Assembly (NCBI GenBank): GCA_963717435.1
Contig: OY970332.1
Span: 32,001 to 96,000, forward strand
Source: an uncultured bacterium
GTDB taxonomy: Bacteria; Babelota; Babeliae; Babelales; Babelaceae
Direction of reading: 5' to 3'
DNA length: 64,000 bases
The translations under genes were made by a program, and so were the position numbers. Positions 9,730 to 18,219 of this stretch are shown piece by piece (position 1 is the stretch's first letter; each line of letters begins with the position of its first letter). The notes beneath the pieces are model-generated. The model saw only the letters and a program-made list of their open reading frames with translations, was not told the origin of the DNA and did no database searches.

Positions 9730-10497
9730 ATGCGTATAGAATCATTTATGATGAAAAAAATAATATTGTTATTAATTACTCTAACAAGCATTTGTAATAG
9801 TTTTTCTGAAGATTTATTATTTAAGCCTACAAAAGTAAAATATCACATTGCAGAAGAATTAAAGTTGAAAGAAGAATATATACAGGCAATTATTGATAAT
9901 AATTTCGATAAAATAAAAGAGTTTATTGAAAGAAAACTTTGTCTTAGCAAAGATTATACTCTGCAAAAACCCAAGAGAACCCCAGAACAAGCGCAGCTGG
10001 AAAAAGATTTTGCTAAATTGATTTATGGTTATGATTTTGATGTAAATACAGTCAAAGAATTTATCAAAAATCATAAACTGATTCCTGAAGCACAATATAT
10101 TATGTTTAATGGCGATACCTGCTTGAAAGAACATCTTAAGTTTTTGAAAAAAGCTAATAAAATATCAAATGCTGCTCTTGCAGAAATCAGAAATAATAAA
10201 CTTGGGATAGCCTTTTTGACGATTGTGACACCAATTTGTTTATATATGGGTTGTGATACAATCAAAGCTATGATTAAAGAAAAAAAGTTTTTTGATCACC
10301 TTCCTGCATTTACTGGATCTTTTGTATTCTTGTATTGTGATGCTTTATTTGGTTATAAATGGTATAAAGGTGACTTAGTTATCAATAAACCAAAAGAACC
10401 AATCTTAGAAGTTAAGAAAGTTATCGAAACTAAAATTAATCGACTTAAAGAAATTGAAGCTTTTTTGAATCAAGAATTTAAGCAAGCGCCTAATTAA
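9730..10497 (+). CDS. Hypothetical exported protein with two TM segments
   Basis: MMKKIILLLITL...NSF leader resembling that of 7844; two hydrophobic segments; true start probably at the MM. Confidence 0.7.
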   Translation: MRIESFMMKKIILLLITLTSICNSFSEDLLFKPTKVKYHIAEELKLKEEYIQAIIDNNFDKIKEFIERKLCLSKDYTLQKPKRTPEQAQLEKDFAKLIYGYDFDVNTVKEFIKNHKLIPEAQYIMFNGDTCLKEHLKFLKKANKISNAALAEIRNNKLGIAFLTIVTPICLYMGCDTIKAMIKEKKFFDHLPAFTGSFVFLYCDALFGYKWYKGDLVINKPKEPILEVKKVIETKINRLKEIEAFLNQEFKQAPN

Positions 10498-10530
10498 CAG
10501 TTTTGCACAATACATGAAAAAATAGATTTT

Positions 10531-10558
10531 GATCCGCTTAATCGCGGGTCTTTTTTTT
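10531..10558 (+). terminator. Rho-independent terminator
   Basis: GATCCGC/GCGGGTC stem followed by a T8 run. Confidence 0.7.
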
Positions 10559-10678
10559 ATAAACTCTTACAAGATAATTGAGATAACTGAAATATAATAA
10601 AAGCTTTACTTTTATATTTTTATTTTGTTAATTTAATTTTAGTCGAGTAAAAAAACCAAAAAAAGAGGAAGAGTTTTT

Positions 10679-12115
10679 ATGAAGAAATTATCTTTATTGC
10701 TTGCACTTTCTGTTGCAAATGCAGCGAATATCTCTGCTGCAAGCCACACGTTTTTGTCTCCAAGACAAATAACCACAGATCCAACTTATGAACTTGCGCT
10801 AACAGATTATAATATTTATCACGCACATGATGATAAAAGATTTCAGTTGTATATAAAGCCGTTTTATCAACAATCAACACAAGAAAAAAAGATCGCTGAA
10901 TATTTCTTGCCAAACAATAAATCTTTCGCAAACGTTTCTGAAGCAGGAACAGGGGATATCGACCCATTATGGTTCAATGTTATCTCAGCAACAGGGACAT
11001 CTTATAGTTCTAATATGACATTCAGACCTGTTCACAGAGCATTTGGTGGCGTAATAACATTTTATGCTGATTTAGACTGCCTGTGCAGCAGCTTTAACAG
11101 ATTCTGGTTGTTAATTAACACAGCTGCTATGGGCGTTGAAAACAAAGTTAACGTATGTGAATCTAATTCGTCTTTTGTAGGGACAATAACTGGCTTTACA
11201 AATATGGCTCAAGGGTTAGACAACCCTGCGTTCTGTTACGGCAAAGTTAGCTGCAAAGCTCAAAAGAAGGGCGGGCTTGATGATATTCAAGTTAAGCTAG
11301 GATATAACGCATATCTTTGTGATAACGAAGCTGGCCATATTGCGCCATACTTTGTGTTCACTATCCCAACAGGAACAGGACCTAAAGATCATTATCTTTT
11401 TGAGCCGCTTGTTGGATCAAAACATGCAAGTGCCGGTGTTGGTTTAAATGCTGATTATGTATTCTGTGATTCAGGTGATAATCACTTTTCAGTTCTTGGC
11501 GATTTGAAATACCGCTATGTATTTAAAGCAAAAGAAAAAAGATCATTTGATCTTTTGAACAATGGTGACTGGTCACGTTATCTTTTAGTTGTGACACCGG
11601 ATCAACCATTAAATAGCTTGCCTGGTATTAATTACTTTACCCAGTGTGCTGAAGTAACCCCAAAGAGCACAATCGATTTCTGGTTAGCAGGACACTACGC
11701 TCGCTGCAATTGGGATGTTGAATTTGGTTATACACTGTGGTGGAGACAAAGAGAAAAAGTTGCTCTTAAATGCAAAAATGCTTCACTTGGAGTTGGAATC
11801 TATGACCTGGGACAAGTTGGTTCACAAATTATCTCAAGCGCGAGCCAAGCAGAAATCTTCGAATCTATTGCAAATAACTCAGTTCCAACTGACGGGCCGT
11901 TTGTAACAGAAACAACAGCAAATCTTAATCTTTGTTCAGCAGAACAACCAGCTGCGCTATCAAACAAAATCTATCTTGCTGGTGCTTGGCATCATGACTC
12001 ATTCTGCAACAACCATCCGTTACTTTTAGGTCTTGGTGGATCTTATGAGTTTGGATCTAAGTGCAGCGCGTTGAGCAACTGGGGCGTTTGGTTTACCGCT
12101 GGTATAGATTTTTAA
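10679..12115 (+). CDS. Putative Cys-rich outer-membrane beta-barrel protein
   Basis: Signal peptide; alternating amphipathic strands (DIQVKLGY, VEFGYTLW, LGLGGSYEF); C-terminal ...WGVWFTAGIDF ending in Phe. Confidence 0.65.
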   Translation: MKKLSLLLALSVANAANISAASHTFLSPRQITTDPTYELALTDYNIYHAHDDKRFQLYIKPFYQQSTQEKKIAEYFLPNNKSFANVSEAGTGDIDPLWFNVISATGTSYSSNMTFRPVHRAFGGVITFYADLDCLCSSFNRFWLLINTAAMGVENKVNVCESNSSFVGTITGFTNMAQGLDNPAFCYGKVSCKAQKKGGLDDIQVKLGYNAYLCDNEAGHIAPYFVFTIPTGTGPKDHYLFEPLVGSKHASAGVGLNADYVFCDSGDNHFSVLGDLKYRYVFKAKEKRSFDLLNNGDWSRYLLVVTPDQPLNSLPGINYFTQCAEVTPKSTIDFWLAGHYARCNWDVEFGYTLWWRQREKVALKCKNASLGVGIYDLGQVGSQIISSASQAEIFESIANNSVPTDGPFVTETTANLNLCSAEQPAALSNKIYLAGAWHHDSFCNNHPLLLGLGGSYEFGSKCSALSNWGVWFTAGIDF

Positions 12116-12154
12116 AGCTTATAACTTAGTTATTAATAATAACTATAATAAATT

Positions 12155-12180
12155 GGGCCCGACAAAATCGGGCCCTTTTT
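12155..12180 (+). terminator. Rho-independent terminator
   Basis: GGGCCCGA-CAAAA-TCGGGCCC-TTTTT. Confidence 0.85.
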
Positions 12181-12207
12181 ATTACAAAATTTGTCCTAAA
12201 ATTAACT

Positions 12208-12309
12208 CGCTCGTGGTGAGTGCCCGGCACCCTTCGATACATTTTTCTCACTCTGTTCGAAAAACACTCAGGGCGAGCGCGGGATCGAGTGACGGGTGTA
12301 TCGAACCAT
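12208..12309 (+). repeat. Palindromic element, outer copy, containing a nested inverted copy
   Basis: CGCTCGTGGTGAGTGCCCG...CGGGTGTATCGAACCAT; ends match the 15851 copy. Confidence 0.85.
12230..12279 (-). repeat. Palindromic element, inner nested copy
   Basis: Minus strand reads CGCTCGCCCTGAGTGTTTTTCGAACAGAGTGAGAAAAATGTATCGAAGGG. Confidence 0.9.
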
Positions 12310-12327
12310 AAAAAAATTACTTTTCGG

Positions 12328-13416
12328 TTAAGCTCTAATTCTATCACTACTATCGATAATATTATCTTGCATGTCCATAGAAATTGTAACAGATTTTTTG
12401 GAACTTAAATTAAGTTTATTTAACTCAGCTTTTTGCAACTGAAAGTTTGCGTGGGGTCGATAGTAAACTATTTTATTTCTCATGTCTATCGCACTTGTCC
12501 AAAGTGTAAACTCACTAGTAGTTGACGTGCCAGACTTATCAATAACTGAACCTAACGGGATATCGAAATTATTGAGTATACGAAACGCGTGATAAACTGC
12601 ATCAAGTTCTGTTTTTAATTTAGGTGCGGACTGACTAAAATAAACTGCGCGAACAAATCTTGAAGGTGGCGTAAAATCTCCCGGAAGACCCAGCATACCC
12701 GAACCCTGACCCAACTGCGAAATAGTGACCCCGCCCAAAACTTTGCTTTTTGAATTTATTGGCGAAAGATTTATGTAATTTCTCAAATTTGTCATGTGCC
12801 AATCAAAGCCCGGAGAATTTGTTATAACCCCAAGTGGATTATCATGAATATTAAGTTTGCCGTTAATATATTCTATAACTATAGATTTTCCATAACTATC
12901 ATGAACAATCAAATGGGCCGGTGGATTTTCTCCCATCCCAGGAAATTCTGTTTTTGAAACATATATTTTTTTAAGTTCTTTTTTTACTTCTTCTGTTGTT
13001 TTAAAACTTGTTAAGATCCAAGTTAATAATGACCACATCGGGATAGATTTACTGTAATTTTCTACTGTTACATCTTGATATTGCGCAAAATCTGGGAAAT
13101 AAAATAATCCACCAGCCAGACCTGCGCTGTTTACACCGTCAACAAAGTTTTCTGAATCGAATGCATTTATTCCCAGCACCGGATATTTCGATGTCCATTT
13201 TAGGCCCTGCGGCTTTTGATCGGGAGATATTGCGACTAGATTATAATTTTTCGGTACAAATAAAATTTTTGATTTCAAATCGAGCCCAAATTCTAAAGTA
13301 CGCGCGTAAATACAGCTATTATTTGTAGTTTTTAGCAAAATCCCAGTACAAGCAAATATATTTGTAAACAAACTCGAAACTAAAAAAGCATAAAAAATAT
13401 TTTTGATTTTTTTCAT
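12328..13416 (-). CDS. Choloylglycine hydrolase / penicillin V acylase family (peptidase C59) with signal peptide
   Basis: Catalytic Cys directly after the leader (FA-CTGI), ARTLEF, DGVNSAGL, ITNSP, GLPGDFTPPSRFVR. Confidence 0.92.
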   Translation of the reverse strand: MKKIKNIFYAFLVSSLFTNIFACTGILLKTTNNSCIYARTLEFGLDLKSKILFVPKNYNLVAISPDQKPQGLKWTSKYPVLGINAFDSENFVDGVNSAGLAGGLFYFPDFAQYQDVTVENYSKSIPMWSLLTWILTSFKTTEEVKKELKKIYVSKTEFPGMGENPPAHLIVHDSYGKSIVIEYINGKLNIHDNPLGVITNSPGFDWHMTNLRNYINLSPINSKSKVLGGVTISQLGQGSGMLGLPGDFTPPSRFVRAVYFSQSAPKLKTELDAVYHAFRILNNFDIPLGSVIDKSGTSTTSEFTLWTSAIDMRNKIVYYRPHANFQLQKAELNKLNLSSKKSVTISMDMQDNIIDSSDRIRA

Positions 13417-13562
13417 AAAACTCCCAGATTTATTAAAATTAAATTTTGTTAACTAAAAAATATATATTTATCAAGATAACTGCAACAGTTTTTACTTTAA
13501 AGATTTGTAGGTTTATAATTATTAGTAGTTAAAATATTAATAATCGAAAGAGAAATAACAAT

Positions 13563-14495
13563 ATGTCAAAATTAACAACACTTCTGAAAAATATATTTTT
13601 TATATTACTTATATTACAGTTTACGCCCCCTATAATTCAAAACTTGATAGACAGATATAACAAGCTTTATGAGAACAAAACCCAAGTTGGCGTTATCGAA
13701 ATTAAGGGCGGGCTATACAGCGCCAAAAAACATGTAAAGCATATAAAAGAGTTTTTTGAAAACAAAGACATAAAAGCGATACTTTTAAAAGTTGAATGCC
13801 CAGGCGGCGCGGCAGGAACATCGCAGGCGATATATAGCGAAATTCTGGCGCTAAAAGAAAAAAATGGCACAAAGCCTGTTGTTGCACTTGTTGAAAATAT
13901 ATGCGCATCTGGTGGATATTACGTTGCGGCAGCTGCCGATTATATTGTTGCAAGCCCTTCGGCTATGGTTGGAAGTATAGGCGTTTATATAGCGCACCCG
14001 CAGTTTAAAGATTTTATTGAACAGTTTAAAGTTAAGTATACAGTAACAAAATCTGGTTTATATAAAACTGCAGGTGACCCACTGACAGAACTTACAGACG
14101 AAGCAAAAGCAATGTTCCAGAATTTAACAAACGACGTTTACAATCAGTTTGTTAACGACATAAAAGCAAGAAGATCTAAGCTTGCTGCAATAGATGAAAA
14201 ATCATGGGCAGAGGGACGAGTATTTACAGGCAACGAGGCATTTAGGCTTGGCTTAATAGATGAAGTCGGATCTTATAGCAATGCAGTGAAAGCAATAAAA
14301 GACAAAGCTATAATTGAAGGCGAAATCGAATGGGTAAAACCACCGAAGAAGAGCAATATTTGGAAAGTATTGGTTGGCGATGATGAAAATGGTGGTGAGA
14401 CAAAATCTCTTAGTGATAGATTTATCTCAAGTCTGGTAAATAAGTTTATTAATCAGTCTGGAGCTGAAGAGACATCGCCACGTTGTAATATATAA
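13563..14495 (+). CDS. sppA: Signal peptide peptidase A (peptidase S49)
   Basis: CPGG, CASGGYYVAAAADYI, VGSIGV, GLYK, GRVFTG.EA..LGLIDEVG. Confidence 0.93.
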   Translation: MSKLTTLLKNIFFILLILQFTPPIIQNLIDRYNKLYENKTQVGVIEIKGGLYSAKKHVKHIKEFFENKDIKAILLKVECPGGAAGTSQAIYSEILALKEKNGTKPVVALVENICASGGYYVAAAADYIVASPSAMVGSIGVYIAHPQFKDFIEQFKVKYTVTKSGLYKTAGDPLTELTDEAKAMFQNLTNDVYNQFVNDIKARRSKLAAIDEKSWAEGRVFTGNEAFRLGLIDEVGSYSNAVKAIKDKAIIEGEIEWVKPPKKSNIWKVLVGDDENGGETKSLSDRFISSLVNKFINQSGAEETSPRCNI

Positions 14496-15283
14496 CAGTA
14501 ATCTATTTTTGAAAGTTCTATTTCGGGCTCGACGGTAATTAAGTAATTTAAGCCGGAGAGCCTGAAATCTTTTATTTTGCCCAACGAAAACCCCTGCGGA
14601 AAAACTGTCCCTTCACCAGAAGATACAACTGAATCACCTATATTTATTTTTTCAAGATGGCTCACAAAATTAAGATTTATATTTTTAGAGTCGCCGTAGC
14701 CCTCACAAATACCCTTAGCGCTTGTGTTATTTGGGCTGATCACTAGCGCAGACACTTTGCAAAATTTATCGGTAATTAAAGTAACTTTGGACCAGTTTGG
14801 GTAAACTTCTGTTATTTTGCCGATTAAGAAATTTTTATATACAACTGCCATATCTGGCTCTATCCCAGATTTGCTGCCCAAGGAGACTAGAAAAAATTGG
14901 GAGTTCTCAGAAAAATTTTTTTGAATAATTTGCGATAATTTAAAGTTTAAATTTGTATATTGCTTTGAAAAATCTATAATCTCTCTTGTTTGTTCAACAA
15001 AACTTAGTGTAGATTTTAATGCGATATTTTCGTTTTTTAAAGTCCCACACTCTTGAATATATTGCTCAAGCTCATGGACAAGCTCTCTATAATTTTTTTT
15101 ACGCTCAAAATAAGAAGTTATAGATCCAGAAATTTTATTTTGAATAACAATAAATGGATATGCAAAATTTGAAGCTATATTTTTTAGCGAAGATAAATCA
15201 GAAAATCTAGACGCAATTAAAATAAAAAAGAGCGCTGATACTAAAATTAAATAATTCAGCGCTCTTTTATTAACTATCTCCAT
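14453..15283 (-). CDS. mreC: Rod shape-determining protein MreC
   Basis: N-terminal TM, coiled coil, GSKSGI..DMAV, LIGKITEV, GDSVVSSG...FPQG. Confidence 0.9.
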   Translation of the reverse strand: MEIVNKRALNYLILVSALFFILIASRFSDLSSLKNIASNFAYPFIVIQNKISGSITSYFERKKNYRELVHELEQYIQECGTLKNENIALKSTLSFVEQTREIIDFSKQYTNLNFKLSQIIQKNFSENSQFFLVSLGSKSGIEPDMAVVYKNFLIGKITEVYPNWSKVTLITDKFCKVSALVISPNNTSAKGICEGYGDSKNINLNFVSHLEKINIGDSVVSSGEGTVFPQGFSLGKIKDFRLSGLNYLITVEPEIELSKIDYCYILQRGDVSSAPD

Positions 15284-15313
15284 AATTTATTTATTACTTT
15301 AAATATTTATAAT

Positions 15314-15796
15314 TTAAAATGGAAGCTCATCTTCAAATGGGGGCTCGTCTTTAAACGCAGCTGCACCAGCCGCAGAATTACTGCCAACTCCTGACAAACT
15401 AGAAGCGCCTGAGAAGCTCTCAGAATCTAGCGTTGCACCAGAAGTTCTATCAGCTTGTGCACCATTACCTGAGCCCAAGAAAACAACTTTATCTGCAACA
15501 ATGGAGTGCTTGCTGCGCGCTACGCCATCATTATCTTTCCAATTGCCAAATTTTAGATGACCTTCCACAAGAACCGGTTTACCTTTTTGCAGATACTGCT
15601 TGCAGCTTTCTGCCTGTGCGCCCCAAACGTCGACGTCTATAAAACAAACTTCTTGGACCATTGCGCCCGTTTGTCTATTCTTAAATTGCCTATTTGCTGC
15701 GACGCCAAGTCTGCATACTTGACCGTTACCTAGCTGCTTTAACTCCGGATCTCTTGTAAGATTTCCTATCATGATGATACGGTTATACCCCGCCAT
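15314..15796 (-). CDS. ssb: Single-stranded DNA-binding protein
   Basis: NRIIMIGNLTRDPE, KGKPVLVEG, C-terminal DELPF. Confidence 0.97.
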   Translation of the reverse strand: MAGYNRIIMIGNLTRDPELKQLGNGQVCRLGVAANRQFKNRQTGAMVQEVCFIDVDVWGAQAESCKQYLQKGKPVLVEGHLKFGNWKDNDGVARSKHSIVADKVVFLGSGNGAQADRTSGATLDSESFSGASSLSGVGSNSAAGAAAFKDEPPFEDELPF

Positions 15797-15850
15797 TTTG
15801 GACCTTTCAGTATTTACTAAAGTTATTTATTAATTTTTTGTAATTTTTTA

Positions 15851-15896
15851 CCCGCTCGTGGTGAGTGTTTTTGCGTAGAAAAAATGTATCGAACAT
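15851..15896 (+). repeat. Palindromic element, shortened copy upstream of ssb
   Basis: CCCGCTCGTGGTGAGTGTTTTT...AAAAAATGTATCGAAC. Confidence 0.85.
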
Positions 15897-15935
15897 AAAA
15901 AATTTTCTTGATAATTAAAAAAATATACTTAAAAA

Positions 15936-16381
15936 CTAATTTATACAACCAGATTTGAAAAATTTCTTTGTTTCGTTAAGTTTTTCAAGCTCAATTTGCC
16001 ACTCGCAACTTATTTTTTCGATATCTTCTAAGCACTTTTGTAGCTCTTTTGCGTTCCCGTTATAAATTTTGCTACTTTTATCTTGTTCGACAAGATCTTG
16101 AATTTCTCTGAATATAGTTTGGCAGATTTGGGAATTAAGTTCCATTTTTTTGTGAAGCATTTGCATGAGATCTGCCAGTTCGTTGCCTATATTTTCTTTA
16201 AGTTTTTTTGTATTTTTTTCTGGTTTCTTTTTAGGTTTGGCCAAATAACTTTCTTTGACCCAGCCGCAGCCTGAGAATAGGGCTCGCAAGCTGATTCAAC
16301 AGAATTATTAGTTTTTAAAGATAAATATGTGACTATAACTACACAGAAAAAAATTAACGATACGAATCTTTTGCGAACCAT
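15936..16381 (-). CDS. Hypothetical membrane-anchored coiled-coil protein, probably one gene frameshifted between ~16295 and ~16190
   Basis: 16187..16381 supplies an N-terminal TM and 15936..16289 a coiled-coil body; one added base fuses them. Confidence 0.5.
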
Positions 16382-17019
16382 AATTTGAAACCCTTGTAAC
16401 CAATATGTAGATATTGCAAGAACGAACTGACAACAAGAAGTATAACAACAAAAAATAGTAACGAGTAGGTTTTTACTGGGGCCCAGTTAAAAAACATGCA
16501 CAAAAATATCCAGTTAATAAAAACAGACTGTGCAAATGTTGTGAATTTGCCAAAAAATGTTGGCTTGACGGGAATTAAACTAGCAAAAATCCCAAGATAA
16601 GAGATTCCTAAAAGTATAGAAAGTTCCCGAAATAGCACAAAATAAACAAACCATAACGGGATCTTCAAAAATGGAATTTTTATAAAAGCCAAAGTTGCAT
16701 AACATGAGACCATTAAAATTTTGTCGGCAATTGGATCAAGACATGCGCCCAAAAAAGTTTCTTGATTAAGTAATCTTGCAAAAAGACCATCAAGAAGATC
16801 TGTTAGCATCGCTATAAAAAAAATTATTGAGGCAAGCCCCCAATAACCAAACAACATGGCGCCGATAACTACTGGCGTTAAAATTATTCTTAATAAAGTA
16901 AATAACGTGGCTATAGTAATTTCACGAGTTATTTCCTGTGTTTTTTCTCTAGAAGTTATATTTCTAGCAAGTTTTTTAAAAATATTAATTAACAACTTAT
17001 TACTCCTGATCCCAAACAA
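16354..17019 (-). CDS. pgsA: CDP-alcohol phosphatidyltransferase (PgsA-like); true start probably downstream of 17019
   Basis: TDLLDGLFARLLNQETFLGACLDPIADK signature; multiple TMs. Confidence 0.85.
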   Translation of the reverse strand: MFGIRSNKLLINIFKKLARNITSREKTQEITREITIATLFTLLRIILTPVVIGAMLFGYWGLASIIFFIAMLTDLLDGLFARLLNQETFLGACLDPIADKILMVSCYATLAFIKIPFLKIPLWFVYFVLFRELSILLGISYLGIFASLIPVKPTFFGKFTTFAQSVFINWIFLCMFFNWAPVKTYSLLFFVVILLVVSSFLQYLHIGYKGFKLWFAKDSYR

Positions 17020-18068
17020 ATTTCACCGTCATATAGTACCGCAAACTGTCCAGGACTTATGCCTTGATCATGACTGGAAAGTTTTAACTCTAGGCGCCCA
17101 TTCCCAAATTTATAATATTACATGATGTATTTTGACTCGCCATGTCTTAATTTGACAAAAAATTGCTTAACTTCGCCAGACTCTTTTAATATAGGGTCGC
17201 CCGAGATCCAATTGCAGTTTTCAATAATCAGACTATCACGTTGCATATTACCCGTGTAATAGTTTCGGGATATAAATACAGTATTTGTGTCAGTATTCTT
17301 GCTAACTACATACCAGGGGCCACCTGAAAGACCTGTTCCTTGGCGCTGGCCTATAGTATAAAACCAGAAGCCTTTATGGGTGCCCAACTTTTTCCCAGTT
17401 TCGAATTCGACCAAATCCCCAACTTTTTCACCAACATGAAATTTAATAAATTCTGAGTATTTTAGTTTACCCAAGAAACATATCCCCTGACTATCTTTTC
17501 TGTTTTTTGTTGGCAAATCAAACTGATTTGCAAGCTCCCGCAGTTCGGGCTTTGTTAAATGCCCTATAGGAAATAACGCACGAGATAACTGATCTTGGCT
17601 CAAACGGGCTAAAAAATAGGTCTGATCTTTTATCAAATCCGGGGATGTTTTTAGGTAAAATTTATTATCTTGCTCGATAACTTGGGCATAATGGCCAGTC
17701 GCAATCTTGTCAAAATTTTCATTTAATTCTGATATCTTCTCATAAAACGCGCCAAACTTTATGTGCTGGTTGCATAAAATATCGGGGTTTGGGGTACGTC
17801 CCGCTTTAATTTCTGCAATAACATAAGATACTATTCTGTCATGGTACTCTTTTTGAAGTGAAACCACTTCTAGCGGCACACCCAATTTTTCGCATACAGC
17901 AGTAACATAGCTAAGATCTTCCTGCCATGGGCAGTCACCCAAATAGGCAAGCTCGTCTTCGAGCCATATCTTCAAATAGAATGCTTTTACGTCATGTCCC
18001 TGATCTTTTAGTAGCTTTAAAGCTACCGAGCTGTCAACCCCACCAGAGACCAATACCGCTATTTTCAT
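16989..18068 (-). CDS. mnmA: tRNA 2-thiouridylase MnmA, interrupted by an in-frame TAA at 17118-17120
   Basis: SGGVDS, GRTPNPDILCN, ATGHY, KDQTYFL, KDSQGICF; the same frame resumes after the stop with ...DQGISPGQFAVLYDGEICLGSGVISC*. Confidence 0.92.
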
Positions 18069-18219
18069 GAGTTTTAAATTTTATTATTTAAGTAGTTTTT
18101 AAGCTTATTTATCACATTTTAGCATGTTTTAATTAGTTTGTAATTAATCTGTAATGGCTGGCAATTTAAATTACTACTGCTAAAATAGTATTAATAAAAT
18201 TTAATATTACGAGAAACTC

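Noticed and set aside
12126-12408. Short ORFs 12126..12347 and 12220..12408
   Set aside because: They are open only because they cross the GC-rich nested repeat (ARPEC peptide), and they overlap a terminator or the hydrolase gene
17118-17120. Stop-codon reassignment explaining the mnmA TAA
   Set aside because: TAA terminates many conserved genes at their expected ends
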